From: an uncultured archaeon
Lineage (GTDB): Archaea; Asgardarchaeota; Lokiarchaeia; Sigyniarchaeales; SOKP01
Reading direction: 5' to 3'
DNA length: 55,610 nt
NCBI GenBank assembly: GCA_964632315.1
Contig: CAZWEM010000026.1
Coordinates: forward strand, 1-55,610
Part shown: positions 29,751 through 40,112 of the stretch, in pieces
Layout: every line of letters starts with the position of its first letter
Numbering within the stretch: position 1 is the stretch's first letter
Notes under the pieces: model-generated
Seen by the model: only the letters and a program-made list of their open reading frames with translations
The model's database searches: none
What the model was told of the DNA's origin: nothing
Made by a program: the position numbers and the translations under genes

Positions 29751-31880
29751 ATGATACCCATTCCAAATTCAGAAATTTTAGATACAGAAAGCGAAAACAT
29801 AAAAGAAGGTTTATTAAAGAAATTATTGCCACGAGTTTTTAGAACTGAAGGAGATGTCGTCCCATTTGAACCCTTAAAAATCGAAAATAGCATAATATGC
29901 GAGACAGGGTTAGATCGCTCCTCAGCAAATAAAATTACTGAATTAGTAGTAAGACGTATCATTTCATCCGGTATAAAATTTCTTTCAGGTCCCCATATTC
30001 GAGAAATTGTCTGTTCTATATTATCTGAGCAGCATTTTGAGGAAGAGCGCAAGATTTATACTCGTATCGGAATGCCATTGATGGATTATGAAGCAATTTT
30101 AGAAAAAGGGATAAACGAGAATGCCAATCAAGATATGAATCCAGAAAGCATTCATCACTGGGCAGCAAATAGGATTTCAGATGAGTACGCTTTACTCAGA
30201 ATTCTAGATTCAGAAGAAGCACATGCTCATCTCTTTGGAGATATACATATTCATATGCTTAGATATTTTGATCTTCGCCCATTTTGCCAATCATGGGATC
30301 CCAGGATGATTCTAGAGCACGGTCTACCTCCTGTTGATAGTTGGGCTCATTGCAATAAATCTGGTCCAGCTGGTAGTTTAAGAGTGGCTGTAACTCATTT
30401 AGCTAAGTGGTTAGGAATAATACAAGGTGAATTTTCAGGAGGACAAGGATATGATTATATAACCACATTTCTAGCACCTTTTGCAAGAGGATTATCTGAT
30501 CGAGAAATTGAACAATCAATGCAATGTTTAATTTATGAAACGAATCAGATATTCGCAGCACGCGGTGGTCAAGTGCCATTCACTTCAATTTCTTGTACAC
30601 CTACCATACCCGCTGGATTACTTAATATTCAAGCGATTGGTCCCCATGGTAAAATTGTTGGAAAATATAGTGACTATAAGGAAGAATGTTTAAAACTATT
30701 TGATGCTCTTACTGAAGTTTATATTCAAGGAGATCATAATGGTAAGTTATTTGCATTCCCGAAACATGAGATAAAGGTAAAGAAAGAATGGTTGGATGCA
30801 TTTGAAGCCTCTTACCTTAGAGTTATGGAAGAGGTTGCAAAAATGGGCACCCCCTATTTTCTTAATATGTGCCCTGATTGGATGCCCGATGAGATCCATA
30901 GCCAGTGCTGTCGCAAGTTCTTAAGTGGTAATCAAATTATAAAACAATGTAAGCTGAGTTTAGAAGAACGAAAAGTTGAGAATATTTGGGAAAATTATGT
31001 TACTATAGGATCCCTTCAAAGTGTTAGCCTAAATTTACCTAGGTATGCTTATCTATCATCTGATGAGGAGGAGTACATCCATATGTTAGATGAAAAGATG
31101 GAACTTGCTAGCCGAATATTAAGAAAAAAGTGGAATTTAATTGAAAGACGATTAAAGACGGGTCATCTTCCACTATGTAGTGGTAAAATCAATGGAGAAC
31201 CAATATTTAATTTAGAAGATCAAAATTTATCTATTGGGTTTACAGGTTTGAATGAGGCGGTGCAAAGTCTAACGGGATCAGAATTACATGAAAATAGTGA
31301 TGCATATTCTTTAGGAAAGAAAATCCTTGCATATATGACAGCCAAATGCAATACAATGACAGAAAGAGATGGAAAGTCTTATTCATTATGGGAACAACCG
31401 AGTGAATCAAGTTCTGGCAGGTTTGCTCGATTAGATTTAAAGCATTTTCCTGAAAAAGCAATACCTCAATCAAGTGGAAGCTCTGCTTATTATACAAACT
31501 CCGATCATTTCCGATATGATGCAGATATTCCTTTATTCGAAAGAATAATTAAACAAGGAGATTACCATCCCATTGTGAACGGAGGAGTTATAACACATAT
31601 TTGGCTTGGTGAGCAAAAGCCTGATATTCAAGGCTTATGGGAATTGACTAAGAACATTTGTCTCAATACAAACACAGCTTATTTTGCATATACAACTGAC
31701 TTTACCTTTTGTCCACATTGCAGAAAAATGTTTCGAGGGGGAACTTTTTTATGTCCAAAATGTCAGTCAAGCGATGTAAATGTTTATTCAAGAATTACAG
31801 GATATTATGGTGAAGTTAATCGTTATAATCCCGGTAAACGAGCTGAATGGGAAGCACGAAAAAAGAATATCATTTATTAA
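29751..31880 (+). CDS. nrdD: Anaerobic (class III) ribonucleoside-triphosphate reductase with ATP cone
   Basis: N-terminal ATP cone, GDIHIH, SGGQG, SQCCR, SLNLPR, YYTNS, CxxC..CxxC and glycyl-radical motif SRITGY. Confidence 0.95.
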   Translation: MIPIPNSEILDTESENIKEGLLKKLLPRVFRTEGDVVPFEPLKIENSIICETGLDRSSANKITELVVRRIISSGIKFLSGPHIREIVCSILSEQHFEEERKIYTRIGMPLMDYEAILEKGINENANQDMNPESIHHWAANRISDEYALLRILDSEEAHAHLFGDIHIHMLRYFDLRPFCQSWDPRMILEHGLPPVDSWAHCNKSGPAGSLRVAVTHLAKWLGIIQGEFSGGQGYDYITTFLAPFARGLSDREIEQSMQCLIYETNQIFAARGGQVPFTSISCTPTIPAGLLNIQAIGPHGKIVGKYSDYKEECLKLFDALTEVYIQGDHNGKLFAFPKHEIKVKKEWLDAFEASYLRVMEEVAKMGTPYFLNMCPDWMPDEIHSQCCRKFLSGNQIIKQCKLSLEERKVENIWENYVTIGSLQSVSLNLPRYAYLSSDEEEYIHMLDEKMELASRILRKKWNLIERRLKTGHLPLCSGKINGEPIFNLEDQNLSIGFTGLNEAVQSLTGSELHENSDAYSLGKKILAYMTAKCNTMTERDGKSYSLWEQPSESSSGRFARLDLKHFPEKAIPQSSGSSAYYTNSDHFRYDADIPLFERIIKQGDYHPIVNGGVITHIWLGEQKPDIQGLWELTKNICLNTNTAYFAYTTDFTFCPHCRKMFRGGTFLCPKCQSSDVNVYSRITGYYGEVNRYNPGKRAEWEARKKNIIY

Positions 31881-31920
31881 TAAAGTAAAATCTTTATATT
31901 TGGTTAACTTATTCTGAAGT

Positions 31921-32244
31921 ATGATTCCTAAATTTAATTTCAGGGACTTCCAATCAGAAGTAGATAATTGGATAAAATCACACGGAGGATATTGGCCTCC
32001 TCTTTCCATGTTAAGTGCGTTAGTGGAGGAGGTGGGGGAAATAGCAAGAGCTATCAATATTGCGGAAGGATTTAAACCCCCAAAAGAAAATGAAAGACCT
32101 AAGTTAAGTGAAGAGGTCGCAGATACAATTTTTGCCATAATCTGTATTGCTAATTATTATAATATCGATTTAAGTAAAGAATTGGCTAATTCTTTATTAA
32201 AATATTCTAAAAGAGATGCTGATCGTTTCAAATTAAAAAAATAG
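31921..32244 (+). CDS. MazG-like nucleotide pyrophosphohydrolase
   Basis: GGYWPPL, EEVGEIAR, EEVAD and KYSKRD. Confidence 0.88.
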   Translation: MIPKFNFRDFQSEVDNWIKSHGGYWPPLSMLSALVEEVGEIARAINIAEGFKPPKENERPKLSEEVADTIFAIICIANYYNIDLSKELANSLLKYSKRDADRFKLKK

Positions 32245-32422
32245 TCATAAAATATCATTATCCCCGCAATTTAGAAAATAAGATTTATTCTTAACAATTT
32301 AGTAAAAAGTTTTATTCATAAAAATTCCATGAAATTTTATCGATTTAAGATTTATTTATGTAAGATTTTAATTTTCTCGCAGATTTAATTGATTATTGAA
32401 TAGAGAAATCTATTAAAGAAGC

Positions 32423-33601
32423 ATGAGAGAAAATGGTTTAGATAAAGAACAAATTCTCACAATTTTAGACACAAAGTTGAGGGAAGATTTTTCATATCAA
32501 GATGGCTCAATTCTAGGATCTATGTGCACAGAACCTCTTGATATCGCTAAAGAAGTATACATTAAATATATATCAAAAAATCTTGGAGATCCGGGATTAT
32601 TTCCAGGAACTATGTTATTAGAAGCAGAAGTTATCTCTGAGATAGGTGATTTATTTAACGCTCAAGATTTGACTGGTTGTTTCACAACAGGTGGATCAGA
32701 AGCAAATATAATTGCAATGAGAATAGCAAAGAAATTGCGATCAGATATAAAACATCCCGAGGTTGTTCTATCGCGGGCGGCACATATCTCATTTGATAAA
32801 GCGGCTGATATACTTGGAATTAGACTTCGAAAAGTAGATTTGAATGAAGATTTTGAATTAAATTTAGATAAATTTGCAAAATCAATAAATAAGAATACCT
32901 GTGGAGTTGTTGGGGTAGCCGGATCTACTTCTTTGGGACTAGTAGATCCCATTGAAAAAATGGGGGAAATAATTGAAGGAAAGGACATTTTTTTTCATGT
33001 GGATGCGGCTTTTGGAGGATTTGTGTTACCTTTTCTAGAAAAATCAGACAATAAGATACCAAATTGGGATTTTTCAGTAAAGAATGTCAATTCCATCACT
33101 GCAGATCCCCATAAAATGGGTATGGGAGTAATACCTTCTGGTGGTTTTTTCCTGAGAGATAAATCAATAATTAAGAAAGTAGGATTTGAAATACCATATC
33201 TTGCGGGAGGCAATTTTAAGCATCTCCAGTTTGTTGGGACGAGATCAGGATCTAATGTAATTGCATTCTGGGCAATCATGAATTATCTAGGCAAAAATGG
33301 TTTTAAGAAAATAATTTCGGATTGTATGGAAAATACAAAATATCTTGGAAAAAGAGTCAGAGATATTGATGGAATTAGATTGGTAGTTGAACCTGTCATT
33401 AATGTCCTTGGCATTACGACGAATTCAGGCAAATCAATATGCCAAATCGATGAGAAGCTTAGAAAAAATAGATGGATGTTAGGAAAGTTTATAGATTTTA
33501 ACCTTATTAGGGCAGTCATCATGCCCCATGTAAAAAAAGAGCACCTTGATTTATTTTGTGAAGATTTAGAAAAAATTGTAAAGCAATGTAACATTCATTA
33601 A
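32423..33601 (+). CDS. mfnA: PLP-dependent tyrosine/aspartate decarboxylase
   Basis: ILGSMCT.P, NLGDPGLFPG, GGSEAN, HVDAAFGG and DPHKMG. Confidence 0.92.
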   Translation: MRENGLDKEQILTILDTKLREDFSYQDGSILGSMCTEPLDIAKEVYIKYISKNLGDPGLFPGTMLLEAEVISEIGDLFNAQDLTGCFTTGGSEANIIAMRIAKKLRSDIKHPEVVLSRAAHISFDKAADILGIRLRKVDLNEDFELNLDKFAKSINKNTCGVVGVAGSTSLGLVDPIEKMGEIIEGKDIFFHVDAAFGGFVLPFLEKSDNKIPNWDFSVKNVNSITADPHKMGMGVIPSGGFFLRDKSIIKKVGFEIPYLAGGNFKHLQFVGTRSGSNVIAFWAIMNYLGKNGFKKIISDCMENTKYLGKRVRDIDGIRLVVEPVINVLGITTNSGKSICQIDEKLRKNRWMLGKFIDFNLIRAVIMPHVKKEHLDLFCEDLEKIVKQCNIH

Positions 33602-33688
33602 AAAAACCTTAAGAAATATATTTATTTATTAGAAAGTAATTTTATTCGTAAGAAATCTTAAAATACCATTTTAATAATGTTATAAATA

Positions 33689-34408
33689 ATGGCAAGAGAT
33701 AAAAAGAAGTCTTTAGGTATAAAAACCAGTCGATATTACACTAAGACTTGTGTGAAATGCAAATTTGAGTATCCTAACTGGTTTACTAACTGTCCTAAAT
33801 GTGGTTCCGCTTGGGATGAACCACAAGATGAAGAATTAAGTAATGCTTCTGTAAAAACCATTAAAATCGTCGTTAAAATTACTCAAGATGATTTTGATGA
33901 AAAATTAGAGCATGTTAATTTGATTTTTTCTGCAGATAATGGAGAATCATGGTATCAAATGAAAATGGAGGATATGAAAGATTATTTCATAATAGAGCTA
34001 GCAGATGTCCCCAACGGATCAATTATCATTTATTATATTGAAGTGTACTTAAAGAATGGAGAGAAAGTAATTGAAAATAATGAAGGTAAGTTTTATTATT
34101 ATACTGTCGGTTCTTATAATAAAGAAAACGTAAATGCCAAAAGAGATTTAACAGAGTTAAAAAAAGATTCAATCGATGAGCCTTTTTATCAAAACGCTAA
34201 GCCTATAAAAGATCAATATTTTGATCTTCAAGTCCCAGAAAAAATTTCTTCACAAAAAAATTCAGATTATGCAAAAAATCCACACGACATAACTATTTTT
34301 TCAAAACCGATCACTGAGATTGACCCTGAATTAAAATTGTGTTCAAATTGCTCCTCAAAAATAAAGAAAATGTGGAGTATATGTCCTATCTGTGGGAAAC
34401 CTACATAA
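33689..34408 (+). CDS. Double zinc-ribbon protein with a central beta-sandwich-like domain
   Basis: CVKC..CPKC at the N-terminus, CSNC..CPIC at the C-terminus, and W..M...YYIE...NNEG.FY in the middle. Confidence 0.75.
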   Translation: MARDKKKSLGIKTSRYYTKTCVKCKFEYPNWFTNCPKCGSAWDEPQDEELSNASVKTIKIVVKITQDDFDEKLEHVNLIFSADNGESWYQMKMEDMKDYFIIELADVPNGSIIIYYIEVYLKNGEKVIENNEGKFYYYTVGSYNKENVNAKRDLTELKKDSIDEPFYQNAKPIKDQYFDLQVPEKISSQKNSDYAKNPHDITIFSKPITEIDPELKLCSNCSSKIKKMWSICPICGKPT

Positions 34409-34414
34409 GAAAAC

Positions 34415-36055
34415 TTAAGATAATTTATTCCCACATTTATTACAGAATGCATAGTCAGATGATAAAGTCGCTCCACATTGATCACAGATCAAAAAATCTT
34501 TTGGTTTGGATTCTTGCTTTAATTCCTGATCCGGACTTTTTCTAATTACAGTGAATGAACTTGGTTCTGATTCTATATCGGCTACATTTGGAATAATTCG
34601 TAAAGAGGATGATCCTTCTTTCGTTTCTTGTTTATCTGCGGGAGAACTGAATGGCACAAAGGAATCTGATTGAGTTTGTGGAATCTGATCTGTCTTTTGA
34701 GTCAATGTCTGAAACAATGATGTTGATTCTGACGGAACGGTCTTTTCTTTTTTACTTTTGGTCATTTGATCTAGTAATTCTTTTTGTTTCGCTTTTTCTT
34801 CTATTGATTTTTTCTTCTTCTCTTTTTTCTTCTTCTCCTTTTCTAATTTCTTTCTTTCTTTCTTTGATAGGATGGTTTCAGGCATATAATCTGATAAATT
34901 ATTTGATGGTATATTTTGACTTTCTACTTGAGTTTCGGTGTTCGGTTCGGAGGACATAATAACAGGTCTAGATTGTATCGGTTCTTCTTTTTTGGTCACT
35001 CTAAATGGCGTAATTGATTTTTCAGGCTCAGTTGATGTTTGCTTTTCAATAGATTTAAATCCTTCGGGGGCTGGAGCAGGAATAGGAGTATTTGAAGAGA
35101 AGGGTACTGCTTTGGGTATATAACTTTCTTCTTTGGATCGATCTAAAATGCTTGAGACATCATTTTTTATCTTCCCCTCATTTAGAATCTGATCAGGAGT
35201 TTTAAATTCAAATTCTGTGGGTTCTGGAACCGAAATTTTGGGTTCTTGTTCGGGTTCGAATGATGGTATCTTTTCTTTCTTCGTTTCAAGAGAGGGTTCA
35301 GGTACGGGGGGAGCCTCATAATTTATCTGAGGTTCTGGAACAGGGGGGGCAGAAAAATTATCTAAAGTAGTTTCATATGAATTGTTAATTTCTGGTACAG
35401 GTGGTGCTTCATATCCTTGAAGAGGGTCTACATTTGTAGTTGCGGGAATTTGAACAGAATTCGTATCTAAAGCGATTTCTCCAGGACTATAAACCGTTGC
35501 ATTAGCAATAAGTTGTTCAGGTACTCCTTGTCCAATCATAAGGCAAGCAAGAATGTAAAAACAATCCCCTACACCTTCTCCAGTTTTAGCTGAAGTTTCC
35601 ATATAATACAAGTTAAAGTCTCGGGTAAAATTATTAATCTCTTCAAGAGTGACTACTCTCTGATCAAGTAAATCACTTTTATTACCTACTAATAAAAGAG
35701 GTATTTCTGCTTGGATATTCGCTCTTACTTCTTCAATCCATTGAGTTAAATGTTCAAAACTACTAGAATTCGTTAGATCAAAAACTAAAACAGCTCCAAG
35801 TGAACCTCGATAGTACATGGGGCGGATTGAACTAAAGCGCTCTTGGCCTCCAGTATCCCATAATTGTAGTTTTGCCTTGATTGGTCCTTCATCCGTATCT
35901 ATCGTGATTGTTTTTACATGGAAATCTACACCAATAGTCATCTTATAATCTTCTGTAAAAAAGTCTTTCGAGAATCGTAAGGTCAAAGCAGTCTTTCCTA
36001 CTCCACCATCTCCCACGACAATCGATTTAAATAAATAGTCATATTCCTCGGACAT
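34415..36055 (-). CDS. Rab-like GTPase with a long Pro/Glu-rich tail and C-terminal zinc ribbon
   Basis: YDYLFK, GDGGVGKT, TIGVDF, WDTGGQERF, YYRG, NKSD and ETSAK; APPVPE repeats; CDQC..CNKC. Confidence 0.9.
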   Translation of the reverse strand: MSEEYDYLFKSIVVGDGGVGKTALTLRFSKDFFTEDYKMTIGVDFHVKTITIDTDEGPIKAKLQLWDTGGQERFSSIRPMYYRGSLGAVLVFDLTNSSSFEHLTQWIEEVRANIQAEIPLLLVGNKSDLLDQRVVTLEEINNFTRDFNLYYMETSAKTGEGVGDCFYILACLMIGQGVPEQLIANATVYSPGEIALDTNSVQIPATTNVDPLQGYEAPPVPEINNSYETTLDNFSAPPVPEPQINYEAPPVPEPSLETKKEKIPSFEPEQEPKISVPEPTEFEFKTPDQILNEGKIKNDVSSILDRSKEESYIPKAVPFSSNTPIPAPAPEGFKSIEKQTSTEPEKSITPFRVTKKEEPIQSRPVIMSSEPNTETQVESQNIPSNNLSDYMPETILSKKERKKLEKEKKKKEKKKKSIEEKAKQKELLDQMTKSKKEKTVPSESTSLFQTLTQKTDQIPQTQSDSFVPFSSPADKQETKEGSSSLRIIPNVADIESEPSSFTVIRKSPDQELKQESKPKDFLICDQCGATLSSDYAFCNKCGNKLS

Positions 36056-36238
36056 ATTAACTCAGTGATCCCCTTTTGAAAATAATAATATAATTTGATG
36101 TTTAATTACTATTATTAATATAAGTATGATTAATTATATTTTTACTTTTTTAAGTATGATAAGTATATCATTGTATTAATTCTTCAAAATCGATAAAGGA
36201 TTAATTGATAATATCATCTCAGTATCCAAGTAATTAAT

Positions 36239-37138
36239 CTACTTTTCTAACTTTTTTTTTAAAAGATTTGATTCTTTTTCGAGATCAACACTTTCAGCCC
36301 AATCAATAATTTTATTATAATCTTCTCCTTGGTATTCGTAAGAATGATTAAGATCGGGGTAAGAAGAGTCTTCAACTTCCTTTTTGTATAAATCTAAGGC
36401 ATTTGTAATAGATTCACCTAATTTACCAAAATACTTTACAAATTTAGGTTTAATCTCTGTAAAAATTCCTAACATATCATGTAAAACTAAAATTTGACCA
36501 TCACAGTGAGGACCAGCCCCGATCCCAATAGTGGGAATATCAACATTGTCTGTTATTAATTTAGCAATCTGCCATGGAACACTTTCTAAAACAATAGAAA
36601 ATACGCCTTCATTCTGAAGATTTAATGCATCCAGTATTAATCTTTTTGCAGTTTCTAAAGTTTTTCCTTGCACTAAATAACCTCCAAAACGATAGATTTT
36701 TTGTGGAGTCAATCCAATATGTCCCATAACTTCAATATCAGCATCGATTAAAGCTTCGATTGTAGGACATATCTCTGTACCACCTTCAATTTTAACTGCT
36801 TCAGCACCACCTTCTTGAATGAATCTCCCAGCATTTTTTACAGCTTCGATTTTATCAACTTTATATGATAAAAATGGCATATCTCCGACAAGTAATGCAT
36901 TAGATACGCCTCTACTGACAGCTTTAATATGATGTACCATCTCATCCATTGTTACTGACAAAGTATTTTGATATCCCAACATTACCACTGCTAGTGTATC
37001 CCCTACTAAAATTAGATCAAATCCACATTTGTCTACAATCTTTGCAAGTGAATAATCATAAGCGGTGATTGTTACGATTTTTTCTCCTTTTTTCTTTTTC
37101 TCTATAATACTTTTTGTTGTAATTTTAGATAAAGCCAT
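36239..37138 (-). CDS. panB: 3-methyl-2-oxobutanoate hydroxymethyltransferase
   Basis: TAYD, LVGD, GDMPF.SY, VKIEGG, GHIGLTPQ and IGIGAG..CDGQILV. Confidence 0.95.
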   Translation of the reverse strand: MALSKITTKSIIEKKKKGEKIVTITAYDYSLAKIVDKCGFDLILVGDTLAVVMLGYQNTLSVTMDEMVHHIKAVSRGVSNALLVGDMPFLSYKVDKIEAVKNAGRFIQEGGAEAVKIEGGTEICPTIEALIDADIEVMGHIGLTPQKIYRFGGYLVQGKTLETAKRLILDALNLQNEGVFSIVLESVPWQIAKLITDNVDIPTIGIGAGPHCDGQILVLHDMLGIFTEIKPKFVKYFGKLGESITNALDLYKKEVEDSSYPDLNHSYEYQGEDYNKIIDWAESVDLEKESNLLKKKLEK

Positions 37139-37231
37139 AAGATAATCACTAAGATTTGATTTGAGATATGAAATTTTTTACTTATGTCTATCGATATTCG
37201 AGATAATTTAAAAAGATTAGAGATCTTGAAA

Positions 37232-38176
37232 TCAATTAATAAGAGAGTCCAATAATTTTTGAAATTTTTCTATCTCAACTTTAATTTCATTTATCATATT
37301 ATTATTCATACTAACTCCTACGTAGAACAAGATTTTACTTTGACTTAACAATAACGGAATCATTTTGACATATTCAACCTTTCCTTTAGTGATAGTGACC
37401 CGATCGTCAATTTTTAATTGATCGTTTTTTAATCGTTGAAAAAATTCAAGATCATCACTAATTTTACTACTAATTAGTTCTTCAAACTCTCTCGTATCCA
37501 TTGTTTCTTTGTAATAGTCGGCAATAATAATACCAGATTCGGTATACAAAATTGCGTGATTACAATCAAAATTTTCAACTAAATCCTTGATTTCACAACT
37601 AATTTGTTCCAGATTCAAAATTTTGTTTAACGAAAATGAAACAGCTTTTGAGATCGAAGAAATATCGTAATATGATATATGGAAAAACTTAAATTTTATA
37701 TCCTTATTTTTTATCAGGATTAGTTCCTCTAGCATTTTTGAGCGATCTTCAAAATTTTCATCATTTCGGAATTTAGGATCATGCTTGCTGAAACAAATTA
37801 TAATTTCATTCGTATAATTCATATTCCGATATATATCTAATATATCTTGTAAATATGCGATTGAATCATTAAATTTTAATTCATCTTGAATGTCTATGAG
37901 AAAATAAAGATAATCTGTCTCCGCAAAATAAATGGGATTATCGATATAAATCTTGCGGAACTTTTCTTGCCCCCCAAGATCCCATAAGTTTATCTTGAAT
38001 TTTGTCAGAAAGTCAAAAGAACTATATTCAACTCGAATAGTTGGCTTTAAATTTTTCACGCGTTCATAGAAATTATACTTTTGTCTTAAAGCAATAAGGG
38101 CACTAGTTTTTCCTGCATTATCTAATCCTGCAATAACCAGCTTATATTCCCCATAGTTTTCTTTATTATCTGCCAT
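37232..38176 (-). CDS. Arf/Rag-like small GTPase with a C-terminal roadblock-like domain
   Basis: G1 GLDNAGKT, PT, G3 WDLGGQ and G4 SKHD; C-terminal AILYTESGIII. Confidence 0.85.
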   Translation of the reverse strand: MADNKENYGEYKLVIAGLDNAGKTSALIALRQKYNFYERVKNLKPTIRVEYSSFDFLTKFKINLWDLGGQEKFRKIYIDNPIYFAETDYLYFLIDIQDELKFNDSIAYLQDILDIYRNMNYTNEIIICFSKHDPKFRNDENFEDRSKMLEELILIKNKDIKFKFFHISYYDISSISKAVSFSLNKILNLEQISCEIKDLVENFDCNHAILYTESGIIIADYYKETMDTREFEELISSKISDDLEFFQRLKNDQLKIDDRVTITKGKVEYVKMIPLLLSQSKILFYVGVSMNNNMINEIKVEIEKFQKLLDSLIN

Positions 38177-38321
38177 TTTAAGAATGAGTTAAGGTATGAT
38201 AACATTACAAATTTAAATTATACATCTTACTTTTTCTATTTATTTTTAATGATTCGAATTCTTTTTTTCATCAAAAAGATTTTTTAAGAAACAAACCCTT
38301 AAATAATTCTGTAATAATGTT

Positions 38322-39362
38322 TTGGACGTGATAATAATAAACCCAAATGATATTGACTTTTATTCCTTAGGTTTCAATGTTATAGAAACCAAAACTATGT
38401 TTGTAGCTGATTTTAATGATGGTAAATGGAGTGAGGGAAAGTTAATCCCTTATGGAGATTTTAAAATTTCTCCTGCTGCTTGTATATTAAATTATGGACA
38501 AGGAATTTTTGAAGGAATGAAAGCTCTTAGGGCTAAAAATGGTGAGATTACTTTATTTCGCCCCAAGGAGAATGCAAGGAGATTTAACGATAGTGCCGAT
38601 AGGTTATTAATGCCAAACTATGAGGAAAATAAATTTATTGATGCTATAAAGAAAGTTGTTTTAGCAAATGAAGATTATATACCCCCATATGATAGTGGAG
38701 GTGCTCTTTACATTCGCCCTCTAATGATAGGGAGCGGTCCTATATTGGGAGTAAAACCTGCTTTAGAATATAAATTAATAATATTCACTGTTCCCGTAGG
38801 ACCTTATTTTCCCGAAGGTTTTAAAGGGATCGATCTCCAAATTTCGAAAAAGTACACGAGGGCTGCTCCTGGTGGTACTGGAGCTGCAAAAACGTGTTGT
38901 AACTATGCGGGATCAATGCTTCCTGCAAAAGAAGCTAAAGCTAAGGGTTTCTCACAAACAATATACTTAGATGCCGTAAAAAGAGAATTTATTGAAGAAG
39001 TGGGAGCAGCTAATTTTTTTGCTGTGATTAATGGGAATCTAATTACTCCCAAAACTGAAGGAACAATATTACCGGGAATTACGAGGAAGTCAATATTGGA
39101 ATTAGCATCTGAAAAGTTAGGAATTCTTGTAGAAGAGAGAGACATCTCTTATAAGGAAGTGTTTGAGAATAGCTGTTCCGAAGCCTTTTGTTCAGGAACT
39201 GCCGCCGTAATTACTCCAATAAGATCTATTGCATTAGAGGATAAAAAGAGAGTGTTTAGTAAGGGAGAACCTGGTGAAATCACGAGAAAATTATATGAAT
39301 TACTCACTGGGATCCAAAGGCTAGAGATTGATGACGAATTTGACTGGATCGTAAAAGTCTAA
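38322..39362 (+). CDS. ilvE: Branched-chain amino acid aminotransferase
   Basis: YGQGIFEGMKA, LFRP, LYIRP, AK..NYA, EEVGAAN, ILPGITR and GTAAVI. Confidence 0.93.
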   Translation: MDVIIINPNDIDFYSLGFNVIETKTMFVADFNDGKWSEGKLIPYGDFKISPAACILNYGQGIFEGMKALRAKNGEITLFRPKENARRFNDSADRLLMPNYEENKFIDAIKKVVLANEDYIPPYDSGGALYIRPLMIGSGPILGVKPALEYKLIIFTVPVGPYFPEGFKGIDLQISKKYTRAAPGGTGAAKTCCNYAGSMLPAKEAKAKGFSQTIYLDAVKREFIEEVGAANFFAVINGNLITPKTEGTILPGITRKSILELASEKLGILVEERDISYKEVFENSCSEAFCSGTAAVITPIRSIALEDKKRVFSKGEPGEITRKLYELLTGIQRLEIDDEFDWIVKV

Positions 39363-39443
39363 ATAAGTTTGAAGTAATTCTACTATTTATAAAACTCAAA
39401 GGATTAACCAAAATTACTAAGAAAAGATTTAATCCTATATAGT

Positions 39444-39962
39444 CTAAACTTTTAAATTTGTAAGCATATCAATTAAGGAATGAAATACTTCTTTTATGTT
39501 ATATCCCGTTTTTGATGATATCTTCATATATCGTAGAAGGTTGTTTGATTTTATTAAAGAAATTAGATATTGATCCAGATTTGATTCAAGTTTATTTTCA
39601 AGCAAATCATATTTTGTACCTAGAATCATAATTGGCATATTTGATAATTTCTTCAACCTTTCCAGCCAATTTACAACATTCTCTATTGTTGAGGCTCTTG
39701 TTAAGTCAAATAATAAAAAAGCAGCTATTGAACCGTCAACAAATCCATCTAGAAGGCTTTTAAATTGATCTTGACCAGCAAAATCCCACATTACGAAGTT
39801 TATGTCAGTCCCATTAATTTGAATGTTTTTTGAAAAAAAATCTATTCCTTTTGTCAGTTCACTCTTCATATCAAAATTATCATGCACCAATCTGTTAAGA
39901 AATGATGTCTTACCAACACCTCCATCTCCAGCAACTACGATCTTAACTGTTTTTTCTGCCAT
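39444..39962 (-). CDS. Rab-like small GTPase
   Basis: GDGGVGKT, TKGIDF, WDFAGQ, TKYD and SSKTG. Confidence 0.88.
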   Translation of the reverse strand: MAEKTVKIVVAGDGGVGKTSFLNRLVHDNFDMKSELTKGIDFFSKNIQINGTDINFVMWDFAGQDQFKSLLDGFVDGSIAAFLLFDLTRASTIENVVNWLERLKKLSNMPIMILGTKYDLLENKLESNLDQYLISLIKSNNLLRYMKISSKTGYNIKEVFHSLIDMLTNLKV

Positions 39963-40112
39963 AACTTCTTTTAGGACGCTTTTGATTTAAATTTCTATAA
40001 TTTAGGTTTATTTTTGTAATATGAGAACAAAAAAAAATTTTTCTAAAAAAAGCAAATAAATTAAAAAATTAGATAAAATATAAGGATGTATTTTATTCAA
40101 AGAGTTTAAATT

